NCBI RefSeq assembly: GCF_009834535.1
Contig: NC_045696.1
Location: forward strand, 79,486,001-79,550,000
Direction: 5' to 3'
DNA from: Camelus ferus
Lineage: Eukaryota
DNA: 64,000 nucleotides
Part shown: in pieces, positions 13,701 through 25,863 of the stretch
How positions within the stretch are numbered: the first letter of the stretch is position 1
How the letters are laid out: each line of letters opens with the position of its first letter
Translations under genes and position numbers: made by a program
Notes under the pieces: model-generated
What the model was told of the DNA's origin: nothing
Database searches by the model: none
Seen by the model: only the letters and a program-made list of their open reading frames with translations

Positions 13701-14599
13701 TTTACAAGACTGTGGTTCAGAGTGAGAGAGAACTCAAATGACAGTTAATGGTGGCTTCCGGTATGAAAATAGGAAGATGTGGGAAGATTCAGGCTGATAC
13801 GCATTGAGACAGTTGCAAGAGAAAACAGTAACAGAACCCAAGAACAATCTAAATGATGCAAGTCACTCTAGCCCCAAATTCAATTAACAAGCGCCCCCAA
13901 GTGGATAAGCCTCCCCTAAAATGCGTATCTTCCTTATAGATTCAGGGAAAAGCTCTGAAAAGATGGTTTCCTCCAAGGCGTAGGCCAGGGGCTTAATGTA
14001 AGAAGTTACACTTCTATTTCACACCTTTTGAGTTTTGTACTATTTGCTTTAAAAAAAAAAAAAGTCTTAATTTAAAATAGTATTTTAAAAGAGTATTGCT
14101 CATTTTGTTAAGGAATTCAGTAAGATACTTAATTATTTTCTTCTCCATCCAAGATGCTGAATAATTATTTTTGTTTGCAGATTTTTGTGTAGTGCTCAAT
14201 TAATATGCATAAGTAAAAGTGTATATAAAGGAATGATATTGGACATGTGTTATCATTTCATTGTTAGTTAACCAATAATGCAGAGATTTGATAGCACAAC
14301 CCAACTGTCAGGTCTATCATACCAGTGACTACCAGACAGAGGAAGCATAACAGACTCATACCACTATAGCATGGGAAGAACAAGGGACGTTCGAGATCTA
14401 GTGAAATCTAATTTATATGCATTTTTCTTTTATTCCTACCCATGTAAGAAAGCATCAAATTTTACTTAAAATCAATCTATTTATCTACCTAGCTTAATCT
14501 ATCTCTACTCTTGCTTGACAGGGCTTCAAAGAAAGCTAATTCTCACATACTTTCTGAGAGTTATAGGTCTTCTGGGAAGTACATTTGTTTCTATCTCTG

Positions 14600-15905
14600 C
14601 CTTTACACTATTTCTGAGGCTTCAGTTCATCTTTGACAAAAAAATTTTGCAGAGTCATCAATGACCATCTTGTAGCTAAATCTGACAGTTGGCTTGCACT
14701 CTATCATATATTGGCTTGTTAGTATCATTTCACATTCTTGATTACCTTCTTCCTCCGTCCTACATCATTTTCTCTCCCTGGTTCTGTTGTAATGCTCCCT
14801 GCTGTTTTTCTCCCAACTCTAGGGTGTTGTGGTTTCCTACTCTTCAGTGTTGAGGGTCCTTAGTTTTCCATTATGGACCTTTTCCCTTTTCATTCTGCAG
14901 TCTCTTTCTGGATTGTGTCATGAACTCTATGGTTTAATCCGCCATCTATATACTGAAATTTTCCAAATCTATGTATCTAGGTCAAATCTTTTCTTAAACC
15001 TACTTTTCTAACTGTCTACTACATATCTCTATTTGGATGTATTTCAAACTCAATATATCTCAAACTTGTCTCAAGGATTTCTCCAAACCCAATTCTTTCC
15101 ACATATTCCTTTCTTAAAAACAAAACACTTAGTTGCCCAAGCTAGAAATATGGTGCAGCCTGAGTCCTTTATTCCTCATTTATTATATCCAGTAAATTAC
15201 TAGAATGTACAAATTCTGTGACATCTACTTTCTCTGTTTTCATTGCCACTTCTTAACCTTGTACACAAATGAATGCATAGCCCTCTGTCTTCCTACTCTC
15301 CCATGATGCTTCTCTCTAGACCATTCTCCAATAGCAGCCAGAATAATGAACACACACACGTAATCATGGTACTTTCCTACTTAAAATCAAGTAAGAGCTT
15401 TCTATTATGTTAAGATAATAAAGTCCTTATTTTGACTTAGCACACTGTCACGACTTACCACCTTATTCCACTCTCACACCCAATTCAACACAATACTTCA
15501 GTCACTCAGAACGTTATTCTGTTATTCAATTATACTTATGCTTTAGAATTTCCATATCCTCTTTCTCTAAAACACATTCCTTTGACCTGTTATATGCTTG
15601 GTTAACTTCTGTACATCATTTAGATTTCAGTTAAGATATTATTTCCCCTGCGAAGACTTCCCTGACCTCCATCTCTCTACCCAAGCCTTGGTTTACTGTC
15701 AGTCATCTATCTATGTTCCCACAACGAATAATATTTTGTTGCACTTATCACTTTGTATTACAGTTTTCTCTTCACTCATCTCTAAGCTTCATGAGGGAAA
15801 GGACTGCATCTATTTTCTCTACCATTTTCTTTCTAGCTTCTAATGCAGTGACTAGGACAGATTTTGAATTCAATAAACACTTAATTGCATATATAAATGA
15901 GTGAA
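14600..15905 (+). mobile_element. L2 LINE (RT end and 3' tail)
   Basis: caatgaccatcttgtagctaaatctga...ttccaaatctatgtatctag...tctaagcttcatgagggaaaggactg...caataaacacttaattgcatatataaatgagtgaat. Confidence 0.8.
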
Positions 15906-18293
15906 TCATCATCATCAGTCTTATTGATGTCTTATTCTCAGAAACCCAAGGCTCTTTGGCTACTTTTACAAGAATTTTACTTATGATATCTGACTTTATT
16001 TAATCCATTTTAGTCATGTTTCAGAACAGTAGATAATATTAGAATATACTTGCTATCTTCTGATGAACTTTCCACTCACTGGACACCATCAAAATCATCA
16101 AAAAACCTTTAAGACAATTATTCAAGAACTGGTTTTATCCTAATGGATATGCTTATATGTATACATTAGGAGTTTATGTACTGCTTTGAAAAGGCAGAAT
16201 AATGCTAAGAATGAATCATTATCTTGAAGAAGCTCAAAGTTCTGTACTAAGTTGTGCCAGGGAAGCCCTACATCCAAGTGACAGATTTCATTAGTGGTAC
16301 ATCCGTTTTTGCTATCTTTGTAGAACACTGTTAAGTGCTATGCTAATAGGCAAAAGTAGAAAATCTAAACATATGTTGTGAAATTAGCTGTAAGCTATAT
16401 AAGCAACAATTTTTTTTTTCTGGATGAAGAGTTCTATTTCAAAGACATAGTTTCTGACATTTTAGTGTAAAAAAAAAAAACAATAATGGGTATTTCAAAC
16501 TGAACTAAGAGATCGGACAAAATCAAGCTAGGTAATGTGTTCATCTGAGTTGTCTAAAGCCAGGGTAGTAAGAGAACTAGATAAAATGCTGCAGTAAATA
16601 CTGAGTTTTCCTCAGCACATTCTACAAGACCACCTACTGCAAACTGAGAGTTGAAGACAAGTCATCTGAAAACGATGGGGCTGAGAAGTTAAAGGAAATA
16701 TTCAGAACTCTAGAGACAAATAACACCAGCTATAACTATTTAGACAAAAAGATGTATTCTATAATTATCAGAATGGAAAGGATAATAGACATGTGCAGGT
16801 GTTTTTAATCACTCAGAGTAATAGTTGACACCTGTAGCAACAATATATTTAAATATAAAGGACAACTCTATACAAATAACACTAAAGTTGGGGAATGAGA
16901 CTCAAAAAGGAGGGGATTAAATGAAAGTCTCTATAGAAGTCCTGGTCCAGCAAAATACCCAGTAGGCCATCACCTACTCCAGGTCAAAAATAAAATAAAC
17001 AAACAAAAAACAGAGGATTCTCTAAAGAAAATATAAGAAAACTCAGCATCTGGCATTTACTGTCCCCCGGTATAAAGGCTAGCTTCTTCCCTATTCACCA
17101 CAAAGAGAAAACTAATGATCAATTCTGTCCATATCTACAGAGCTGCTTGGAAAATTTACTTATCTAATTTCTAACCATTAAAGGTAACCAATAATTAATG
17201 AGCATTTAAGGAAAAAAGGCAATGTGGAAAAAAATGGCCAAACTATGCAAATGGAAAAGCCAATACTCCAAAAGAGACAGAAAAAATTTAGAGAACAGAA
17301 TAAGACTTAAAAATGTTTTCATTAGCATCTGGGAAGAAGATATAGTAAGACGTTGTATGCATAAAACAAGAAGTGGTTTCAACAAAAATGGAGCAGTAAA
17401 TGAACAAGAGCTCTTGAAATGGCAAATAAAATTTCCAAAATAAAAGTTCAATAGAAGAAATAAAAGTCTCATTAAAGCTAATATTCTAGAAAGAGTAAAA
17501 ATAAATGAAAAAATAAAATAAATAAGAGAAAATACGTAATTCAGAAGGTCAAACAAAGAAGTCCATTTTCTGATGAACCAGAGTTCAAGAATGAGAGAAT
17601 AAAGGGGAAAATGTAAGGAAAAAATTATCAAAGAAATATGAAAAGAGAATTTCTCAGGGCTGAGGGATACGACTTTTCAATTGAAAGGGCTCATCAAGTA
17701 CCTAGTAAAAAAGAATGAAAAAAGAAATCCACATATTGATATATCTTTGTAAAATTTAACCAAGTTCAAGAGTAGGATCACAAATTATTTTAAGGAGAAA
17801 AAAATAGGTCATCAAAGAAGAACAAGAATCAGATTGGATTCTCATAATACAGTATAAAAACCAGCAGAGCAAAACTTTCAAAATAATGAACTACAAATGA
17901 AAAAAAAAATACTGTAAATTGAAAGTATCAGTTGAATAGGAGGGTAGTATAAAGACATTTTTCAATATGCAAAGTATCAGACAGCTTACCATTCCTGCTT
18001 CCTTTCTCAGGAAGTTAATCTTCCAATCCACATATAACTAAATCACTATCTTCAGTCCCTCACTGATACCTTTGCCATTTCAAAGTGCACAGCTAAACCT
18101 CCATTTCAAATGTCAGGAATCACAGACAGTACGCACTGACTCTCAGTTTTGTAGAATGAAAAAGGACATTAATGCTCCCACCAGCTCCTTATCCTCTCTT
18201 TTGCTCTACCCAAGCTCTGACAGTCTTAAATTTATTTTTATACTTACATAGTTAGATTAGTTCCAAATTCTCAAACCTAGTCATTATTACTAC

Positions 18294-18842
18294 TATTAGG
18301 TAGTTAGGTAAGCGGGAGCACCAGGCAGATAGGTGGAGGAAAGGGAGGGTGGTCCTGAAGGTGGTGGTATGCCTGCCTCCAGCATAAAGGGGCTTTACTT
18401 CTTCTAAATGAGTGCCAGCAAAAAAACTGTTTAAAACCCAACAGCCGCGACTGCGTGGTAGCAGAAAGGACTTAACCAGACACGACCCATGTTCACTGCA
18501 TTATAATTAACATTGTGGTTTAGGCCCCTCCATGGGTTTTTCTGTGTACACCATGGCTAAGGATATGTGCAAAGGGGCCAAACATGACTAAGCATTCAAG
18601 GGGCAAGAACCATCAATCAATCAAGAGACCACCTCTAAGAGAGGGAAAAAAAGAGAAAGGGGAGACAAAAACCGCCGCCTTTCCTCCCGTAGATCAGCCT
18701 GCCTCCTGTTCTTGGGGTGTACTTTTCCTTTCTTTTTAAATAAATCTTTTAAAATTTTTCATTACACATCACACCATCTCCCAACTGTAAACCTGTCTTT
18801 CAGGTTTGACAAGAATTGGGGTCTTCACCTTTTGGGGTAACA
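18294..18842 (+). mobile_element. Solo LTR, ERV1-like
   Basis: GC-richer ~550-bp block with termini tattaggtagttag...ggggtaaca (TGTTA...TAACA type). Internal AATAAA near 18739 follows gtgtactttt. TSD not clean. Confidence 0.75.
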
Positions 18843-19499
18843 TTCCTATGATAATGATGCTGCAAACGTAGTCAGTCACAACCTATGATTATATTTCATC
18901 CCTTATAAGTCCAACAGCCCCTGTATTTCAAAAAGGAAAATATCTTTTTGTGTCATTTAGAATGACTTCTTTTTTAATCCTCTACCAAATGCCTTTACTG
19001 TTTTCTCAGTTTTGTACAAGTTGTTCATCATTCTTTATATTTTATAGACTCCTCCAAATTCCCAGAGTCGCTCACCCAAAACCGTTTGTCCCGCTGTTCC
19101 CTAAGCCAGCAGTGTAGCTATCATCGTGGGACAGCACGTTGCTGTGCTTCTAAGTTAAGCCTCCTCTTTCCTTGTGTTCATCTTTCTTGGTAAACTGTCT
19201 TTTCACTATGGTGCATCTTCAGTTAACTTCCTAAGAAGGCAAAATAGTTGAAGGAAGGGTTGGGGGCAGGGAGCAGAGAAAAAGTTGATGGGGTGAATGA
19301 ACTGAATTCTTCTTTCATAGCAGGACATCAATACACAATGTATGAGCAGAATTCTTTTAAAGAGATATCAACACATCCTTTAAAAATATGCAGAAAAGGT
19401 ACACAGAGAAACAGAAGTGGTTGTCACTTGTGAACTGAGCCTAGGAGAAGGGAAGTGTCTGACAGTAAACACTTGTTTTTCAATAAATTTGTAATCATT

Positions 19500-19850
19500 A
19501 GTATTGTTCACCAAATATTCCCAGCCTCTGCCCCCTGAGAACATGGCAGGACTGAACTTCCTGATCCTGGTACGATTTGAATGGAGCTGTGTCACTAGTC
19601 ACAGCCAATGACTTGTGGAAGCTGTAAGAGCCTGTGCATAATTCATCCTCCTCTCCCTTTTTCTCTGTAACATAAATCAGAAACTCTGGTGGCTGATCAT
19701 AGGCCTGGGACCCAGAATGAGAATACACGTTTCAGAGTTAGCTCCCAGATGACTTGAGATAAATATGCAGTGTGAACTAGAAATAAGCCTTTGCTATTAT
19801 GAGCCACTGCAATTTTGGAGTTGCTTTTCACTGCAGCAAAAGTTAGTGGA
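19500..19850 (+). mobile_element. MaLR LTR (MLT1I/J-like)
   Basis: ttgttcaccaaatattccc...acatggcaggactgaacttcc...aaataagcctttgctattatgagccactgcaattttggagttgcttttcactgcagca. Confidence 0.8.
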
Positions 19851-20369
19851 AGAATGCTACTTGATTTTTTTTCAACATGTGCATGATTTACTTTGATAAT
19901 AAGACACTCTAAAACATCAAACAACATTGCCAGCTTCTAATCCATCCTAAGTAACAGAAATATGTTTTTGTTAATGGATGAGAATGCCAAATTACAGCTC
20001 AATAAAATGATTTTAATTCTCTGCCTCAACAAGGTTCCTCTCTGAACATCAGAACATGGAAAATTAAGTGATTATTTTTTCCACTCTATGGACATTCGTA
20101 GATAACTAGTATCATTCTAGAGGCATAACAGAAAAGCTAATTCATTACATATAATAGATGTCTTAAGTCATTAGAGCTTAATTCCTTGTGGAACACTGGT
20201 TGAGAAACACTGCTTGGCCTGTAGCCCCCATAAGGAGCTGGTATGGTAACACATGGAAAGACTGCTAGCCATTCTTCAGCATTCTTACACAACAGTAAAT
20301 CTTTAAATAATTAAAACCATGAAGATTAAGTAAGAATTACTTTTTGTTATGCTACTTCATATGAGGTAC

Positions 20370-20460
20370 CGGTTCTCAAACTTCACTGAGTCTGTGGGAG
20401 GGACCATAAATTTGCATTTTAATGGGCACATGAAGAGATTCTGGTGTGGATTAAAGTTTT
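20370..20460. mobile_element. MER5A-like fragment
   Basis: ggttctcaaactt...aatttgcattttaa...gattctggtgtggattaaagttt. Confidence 0.45.
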
Positions 20461-20992
20461 ATTATTTACACATTAAAGTTCAAAAGATTGTTTACTTTCT
20501 CCTTCAAATGTCAATGGGTGATTAACTGTCCCTCAGTGAATAAAGTAATAGAAATGGAAACTGGGAGGCAGTAAAAATCACAATTAAAATAGAATTAAGT
20601 CCTCATTATCAGGAAAGATTAACCATCTCAAGAACTGACTGTGCTTAAAACAACGGGAACCTGAGAGGCCTGCCTGGTCACCTCTCAGGAGAGCCCAGTG
20701 ATTGGTAAGATGACAGCTGGACCAATGGCCATCTTCCCATCCCCACAGACACATGCAGGAGAGACAGAGGATCAAAGAGAAAGGGATTCACCAAGCCAGT
20801 CAAATTTCTTGAGGCCTCAACAACACTCAAAAAGAGAACTCCAGGAGGCAACTTAATATATATTCCTCAACCTTCTTCTGCTGCCTAGCACTTTGCTTTT
20901 GCCACATGACTCTGTAAATCAGTTAATCATTTTTAGATAATGACAGTTGACCTGATGGCTGTGAAAGTACCCTCAGTTCTGTCAAAACTCAC

Positions 20993-21028
20993 CTGTGCAT
21001 GTCCTTGGCTATATTCAAATGTCATGAC
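20993..21028 (-). CDS. Candidate 36-nt internal exon (VMTFEYSQGHAQ), host gene unknown
   Basis: On the minus strand: ttttttatttaaaaatag|GTC...CAG|gtgagt. Consensus donor, only phase 0 is open, non-repeat context. Confidence 0.3.
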
Positions 21029-22139
21029 CTATTTTTAAATAAAAAAATGCCATACCCATTTGACCTTCTGTTTTCCCTACTTATTTTGACAAGAGAAAAC
21101 CAAAAGCTAGCAATGGTTGCTGAAGAAACAACATTGAAGCATGAAGTCAGTATTAAAAGAATGTATGAAATCATTATTGAAAAAAACAGGTCTTGTCCAT
21201 CATCACCAAAAGTAACTGAGATAACATGTGCGGTCATTGTTTATACTGGCTTGATCATCTCACTCTAGTTTTGGAGTCTGATAATTTTAGTAGCCTAAAT
21301 ACTATCTAACTTATATTTTTCCCCTTCATTTTATGTATTATTAATATTCATAATGCCCTCCTCAGCCCTGCCTCTTGTAGCCTGATGTCTAAATGTAGTA
21401 GGGAGTAAGATGGGCATTTGGTGGGAGGACAGAACACACATCACTTAATATAAAGTCAGTTCTGTTGCACTGCTGTGTCACAAAGCAAAACTTACCAAGC
21501 AGCCATGGAAAAAGTAATGTTGTATTTCATAAAGGATATTTTTTGCTCCACCAAAACATGCCTATATATGTTAAATTTCCCTTGGGCAAGCAGTCCTTTC
21601 CGTATTAGGAACACTAAACCTCATATTTGATTACATTTCCACTTTACTTTGGTGTGAAGATCAGCAACAAATCTGCAGTTTTTCCCCACTCACTGCCTAT
21701 GGTCGTATGAGTCATATCCTTGTGAACAAGCCTTGCCCCCGGCATCTGGTTTTTCTACTTTATTTTCCTTTAGTTCTTGTGTTTGTTTTTTTTTTCCCCT
21801 CTATTTTTTCATTGTTATTTTGTTAAATTGTAGACTGTGGGACAGTTAGCTCCTGTCCAGTTAAAACAGGCCCTCTCAGCACGTCCTGGGATTGGTCTTC
21901 TTTGTCTAAAATAATGGAGGAGAGAGGTACTACTTTCAGTGGTTCTTAAGTTACTGATGCTTTTGATCCCTTCAGTTTTATGAATAACGTAAGAGCTGAC
22001 TACTAATAAAAGCAATGATGGTTAAGAAAATTTAAATTTATTTTATTAATCAAGTAAAAACACGCATCAAGACATTCTGCTGAGTGTTGAGGAGGGAGAG
22101 GGGAGCGGCCCACGGGAGTGAGCAGAAGTGGGGCAGGAC

Positions 22140-22345
22140 ACGCGGCGGTGGTTTAGAACTCGAGCTTTAGATAGAGGCCAACTGGGCTTTGAATCTTCCC
22201 TGTTGGTATCACCTTGGGTACTTACTGTCTTAGCCCCAAGTTCCCTTATCTATAAAACAGGAATAACATAACATCTGACTTTTCCTGTCCTTTAGAGATT
22301 TAAATTGAGATAAGGGCTTTGGAGGACTTAGTACAGAATGTGCTT
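22140..22345 (+). mobile_element. MIR SINE
   Basis: ggtggtttagaactcgagctttag...accttgggtacttac...aagttcccttatctataaaacagg. Confidence 0.65.
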
Positions 22346-22789
22346 TCCATTTACTTGTCATTGATCCTTACCGTGATATTCCTTCCTTAAAAAGCCTAAG
22401 ATTTACAGAGCAGTAACTCTTATATACAAGACTGTAGTAGAAGGGCGTATGTAATAAATGCCATGAGAGTGGCTTAAGCAAAGTGCTGTGGGGAAAGGGG
22501 CAGAGAGAAATGACCAAAGCCAGAGACTAGCTGTGGGGCCCGCTTGAGGAAAAGCCTCTAGCGATTTAAACAAAGGGTGACCTAGGGTGTGTGAGAACAC
22601 AGTAAAGGCAGAACAAGACTCAGGGTTGAAGGACACGTTGGAACAGACTGTACAATTTCAAAATAAAATGAAAAAGCTATCAAGAAGAAACTGATAATGA
22701 GAACACTTCTGCAGGAGGAATCCATCTGTGAACAGTAATATGCTCTTTATGTTGCCACCAATTAGGATATGAAGCTACTTTATAGCTCT

Positions 22790-23010
22790 TCTAATAACAA
22801 CTAGCATTTGCTATGGAATTAGTATGTGCCAGCAGTCTGCCAGGCACATAACAATCCTACAAGGTGAGAACTTGCCCCGTTTTCCAGAGCAGAGGAGGCT
22901 TAATAAGTTTAAATCCTTTAATGAAAGTCACTGAGCAAATGGTGTGGCATGGAGATGCTTACTGGTTGAAAAGTCTGTGTTCCAAAGCCTGTGACATTTT
23001 CACTATCGTC
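22790..23010 (-). mobile_element. MIR SINE
   Basis: taataacaactagcatttgctatggaattagtatgtgccag...acaatcctacaaggtgag...gtcactgagcaaatggtg. Confidence 0.6.
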
Positions 23011-23704
23011 CTTCACCTCCCTACATAATTACATCTTATGGGATCTTTTTTGGTGATTGTGTGAAAAAATGTAGTTTGGCTGTTGTCATGGAGGGTGAGC
23101 TCCTCATCTAGAATTTTACATCAACTGTCTGAAAGAAGCCTAAGATGAACTTGAATAATTAAGATTATTGGCTTTATTTTCCAAAAGAACCAGGTGACAC
23201 CAACACCAGCAGTGTCTCACAGGAAGAATGGTTGCCCCCATGCTCATGGGGAAACAAATAACTCAGTATTTTCTGTTCTTCTCATGATTATAGTTCATGA
23301 CTTTGATAACTGCTGTGAAGTCTGTTCTAAACTGGAAATACATCTCTGTAGCATATGAAAAATATACACAAGGTCCTTTAATTCGATGATCACGAAAAAA
23401 TATAATTTATAAACAAAGAGGTTATTTGCCTTTCAAAATTTTCTAATACAGATTTAATTTGAACTTTAACAGTTGTATATGACTTGTCCAATAATGACTA
23501 AGTTCTAATGAGAAACTGAAAATAATTCAAAATACCACTAAAGATAATCTAATAATTTCTATTATTCTATAAAGATAATGGTATAATTGCCAAAACAGCA
23601 TTTCCAAATAGCCAACTAGAGAAAAACCGACAGCTGAGGCCATTTTGTATTAAGGAGACTAATCAATAGAGAAAAACAATCAAAAAGAACTTTCCAAAAG
23701 ACCA

Positions 23705-24088
23705 TAGCATATTAATGCTATTTATCATATGCTCTTGGTTCTCTATCTTCTGGACATAGTAGTGCTATACTTCCTGATCTTACAGCTGTGTCAGACCTTA
23801 TAAACTTTGCTGGTCAATGTATCAAGAACAAGGGTGTAAAGCAAGTCACTTCCAGGGCCAGAGCATTTCACTGTTTGTTCAAGACCCGCACAGTTCTCAT
23901 TCCCTCTATCCCATTGACTGTCAGACTTTGAAACAGCAGCTGTTCCATCAACTTGGGTTCTAAAGTGAGGGCACATAGAGCACAAGTTTTAGTCAATGTG
24001 CAACAGACATGTAGCATGAAGGAGAATGAAACCTTTGTAGCTGTGAATCACTAAGATTTGGGAGTTGCAACTGTAGCACAGCCTAGTC
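23705..24088 (+). mobile_element. MaLR LTR (MLT1I/J-like)
   Basis: gtcacttccagggccagagcatttcactg...gacatgtagcatgaaggagaatgaaacctttgtagctgtgaatcactaagatttgggagttg. The 3' end is split by MER3. Confidence 0.8.
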
Positions 24089-24321
24089 CAGCACTGTCCA
24101 ATAAAATAAAATGTAAGCTACATATGTAATTTTAAGTTTTCTAGTAGCCACATTTAAAAATGTAAAAGGAAACAGGAGAAAATAATTTTACTAATATTTT
24201 ATTTAACCCTATGGATACAAAATATATCATTTGCATTTATAGACAAAAAAGAAATAGGTGAAATTAATCACTAGTCACATTCCAAGTGCTTACTATCAAA
24301 TATGACTAGTATTAGAGCAGC
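24089..24321. mobile_element. MER3/MER33-like hAT-Charlie element nested in the MLT LTR
   Basis: cagcactgtccaata...gctacatatgtaattttaagttttctagtagccacatttaaaaatgtaaaaggaaacagg...actagtcacattccaagtgct. Confidence 0.8.
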
Positions 24322-24699
24322 CTTTGCTTATTATGGTGATACAGACAATATACAGCATCTAATTAATCACTGATATTTCTTCAAGAAACACATAAACACA
24401 TTAAGACAAATGGCTTAGCGATAGGAAAGAGCTGGTAGATTCTGGTTTGCTTTAAGATGGCAATGGGTTATCCTAGTGGTTATGTCTTCTGGGCAGTATG
24501 AAAACTGAACAAAGAAAGCAAAAAAATTAGGAATATAAATGTAGTCCCAATTATCCTTTACTTTGCCACTTCCTGAAAACAGAAGAGAAGACTTAGCTAT
24601 ACCCTGAAATAGCCACAGGTGGTTCTCAAGAGATCAAATACTATAAATGACTTTAACTTGAAAGACACATCTGAAAGAGATGACATCAAACATCTACAA

Positions 24700-25370
24700 C
24701 CCATAGGGTCTTGGAGCTGAGAAAAAAATACAAGCAATAAGAAGAGTTTTAAATGTGTCTAAAGTAATCAAGAGTGAAAGAGCTGCAAGAGCAGAGTGAA
24801 AGCTTTGGATTTTTAACAAGAAGTGATTATTAGCGACATTTGGAAATATAGCTTTGGTGAATTCATGAGTTAAGGGACCAAATTAAAGGAAATTCAAAAG
24901 AAATCTACTGAAGAGGAAATTGAAGCAATGAGTGAAAAGATATAGTAACAGTAAGAGTCGAAATGCATTTCTATAAAATAGAGCTCCATTTTAGCTGAAG
25001 AGCCTGGGGAAACTTAATAAGAGAAAACAGCCATTTGCGGGTCTGTGTGAAGCTAATAATGAAATGCAGGATTTTATAAGGAGATGAGGGGCATGAGGGC
25101 AAAAAATAGAGCTAAGGACTTAGACAAGGATCAAATACCCTATCTGGAGGCTTACAGGAATAAAATGTAAGGCAGAGCTTTAGATTGGCTGCCAATCAAA
25201 GGTAAAATCTTTGATCTACTGAGAATTACATGTTTAAATAATTGGTTACACTGACTTTGAATGAAAGGAGGCATGGAATTCATAGGTAATTGGAAGTTTA
25301 GCTGAAATAAAGGAAATGAGAACGTGATTGGCTAATAACATGATTTCTATAGAAATGTGCATGGGTATTT
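24700..25370 (-). mobile_element. L2 fragment (old)
   Basis: ttggatttttaacaagaagtgattattagcgacatttggaaatatagctttggtg...gaggaaattgaagcaatgag. Confidence 0.5.
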
Positions 25371-25528
25371 TCATACCTGTCAAAAAATAAATTAAAATTT
25401 TACAAAAAATAAAAATGAATCAAAATCAAATCTATCATATGAACTAGAAATGGTTTAAGAAAGAAAAAAATTAAAGACAAATTGATTTTTTCTTCTTAAA
25501 ATTGAATACCATGAAGACCAGTGCTTTT

Positions 25529-25863
25529 TAAAAAAAGAAGACACTAATGAACTCATCTACAAAACAGAAACAGATTTTCACGGACATAGTAAACAATCTT
25601 ATGGTTACCGGCAGGGAGAGGAGGTGAGAAGGGATAAATTGGGAGTTTGAAGTTTGCAAATATTAGCTACTATATATAAAAATAGATAAAAAACAAATTT
25701 CTTCTGTATAGCACAGGGAACTATATTCAGTATCTTGTAGTAACATTTAATGAAAAAGAATATGAAAACAAATATATGTATGTATATGACTGAAACATTA
25801 TGCTGTATATCACAAATTGACACATTGTAAATAACTACATTTCAATGAAAAAAAAAAAAAAAA
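25529..25863 (+). mobile_element. L1 3'UTR insertion (artiodactyl/camelid, intermediate age) with poly(A) and TSD
   Basis: gacactaatgaactcatctacaaaacagaaacaga...tgtatagcacagggaactatattcagtatcttgtag, then poly(A). TSD aagaccagtgctttt (25514-25528) versus aagacttgtgctttt (25864-25878), 13/15 match. Confidence 0.88.

Larger units (their letters stand above)
16900..19910 (+). mobile_element. HAL1/L1ME-like element with inverted internal segment, interrupted by two LTRs
   Basis: ORF1-like remnants (gaatttctcagggctgagggatacgacttttcaattgaaagggctcatcaagtacctag; cctttctcaggaagtta) and a HAL1-type 3' end (acatgtgcatgatttactttgataa). Segment ~18019-19239 reads as HAL1 on the minus strand. Confidence 0.7.

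Noticed and set aside
17206..17631. 141-aa hydrophobic minus-strand ORF resembling a membrane protein
   Set aside because: Reverse complement of A-rich HAL1/L1 ORF1 remnant; the F/L/I richness is compositional.
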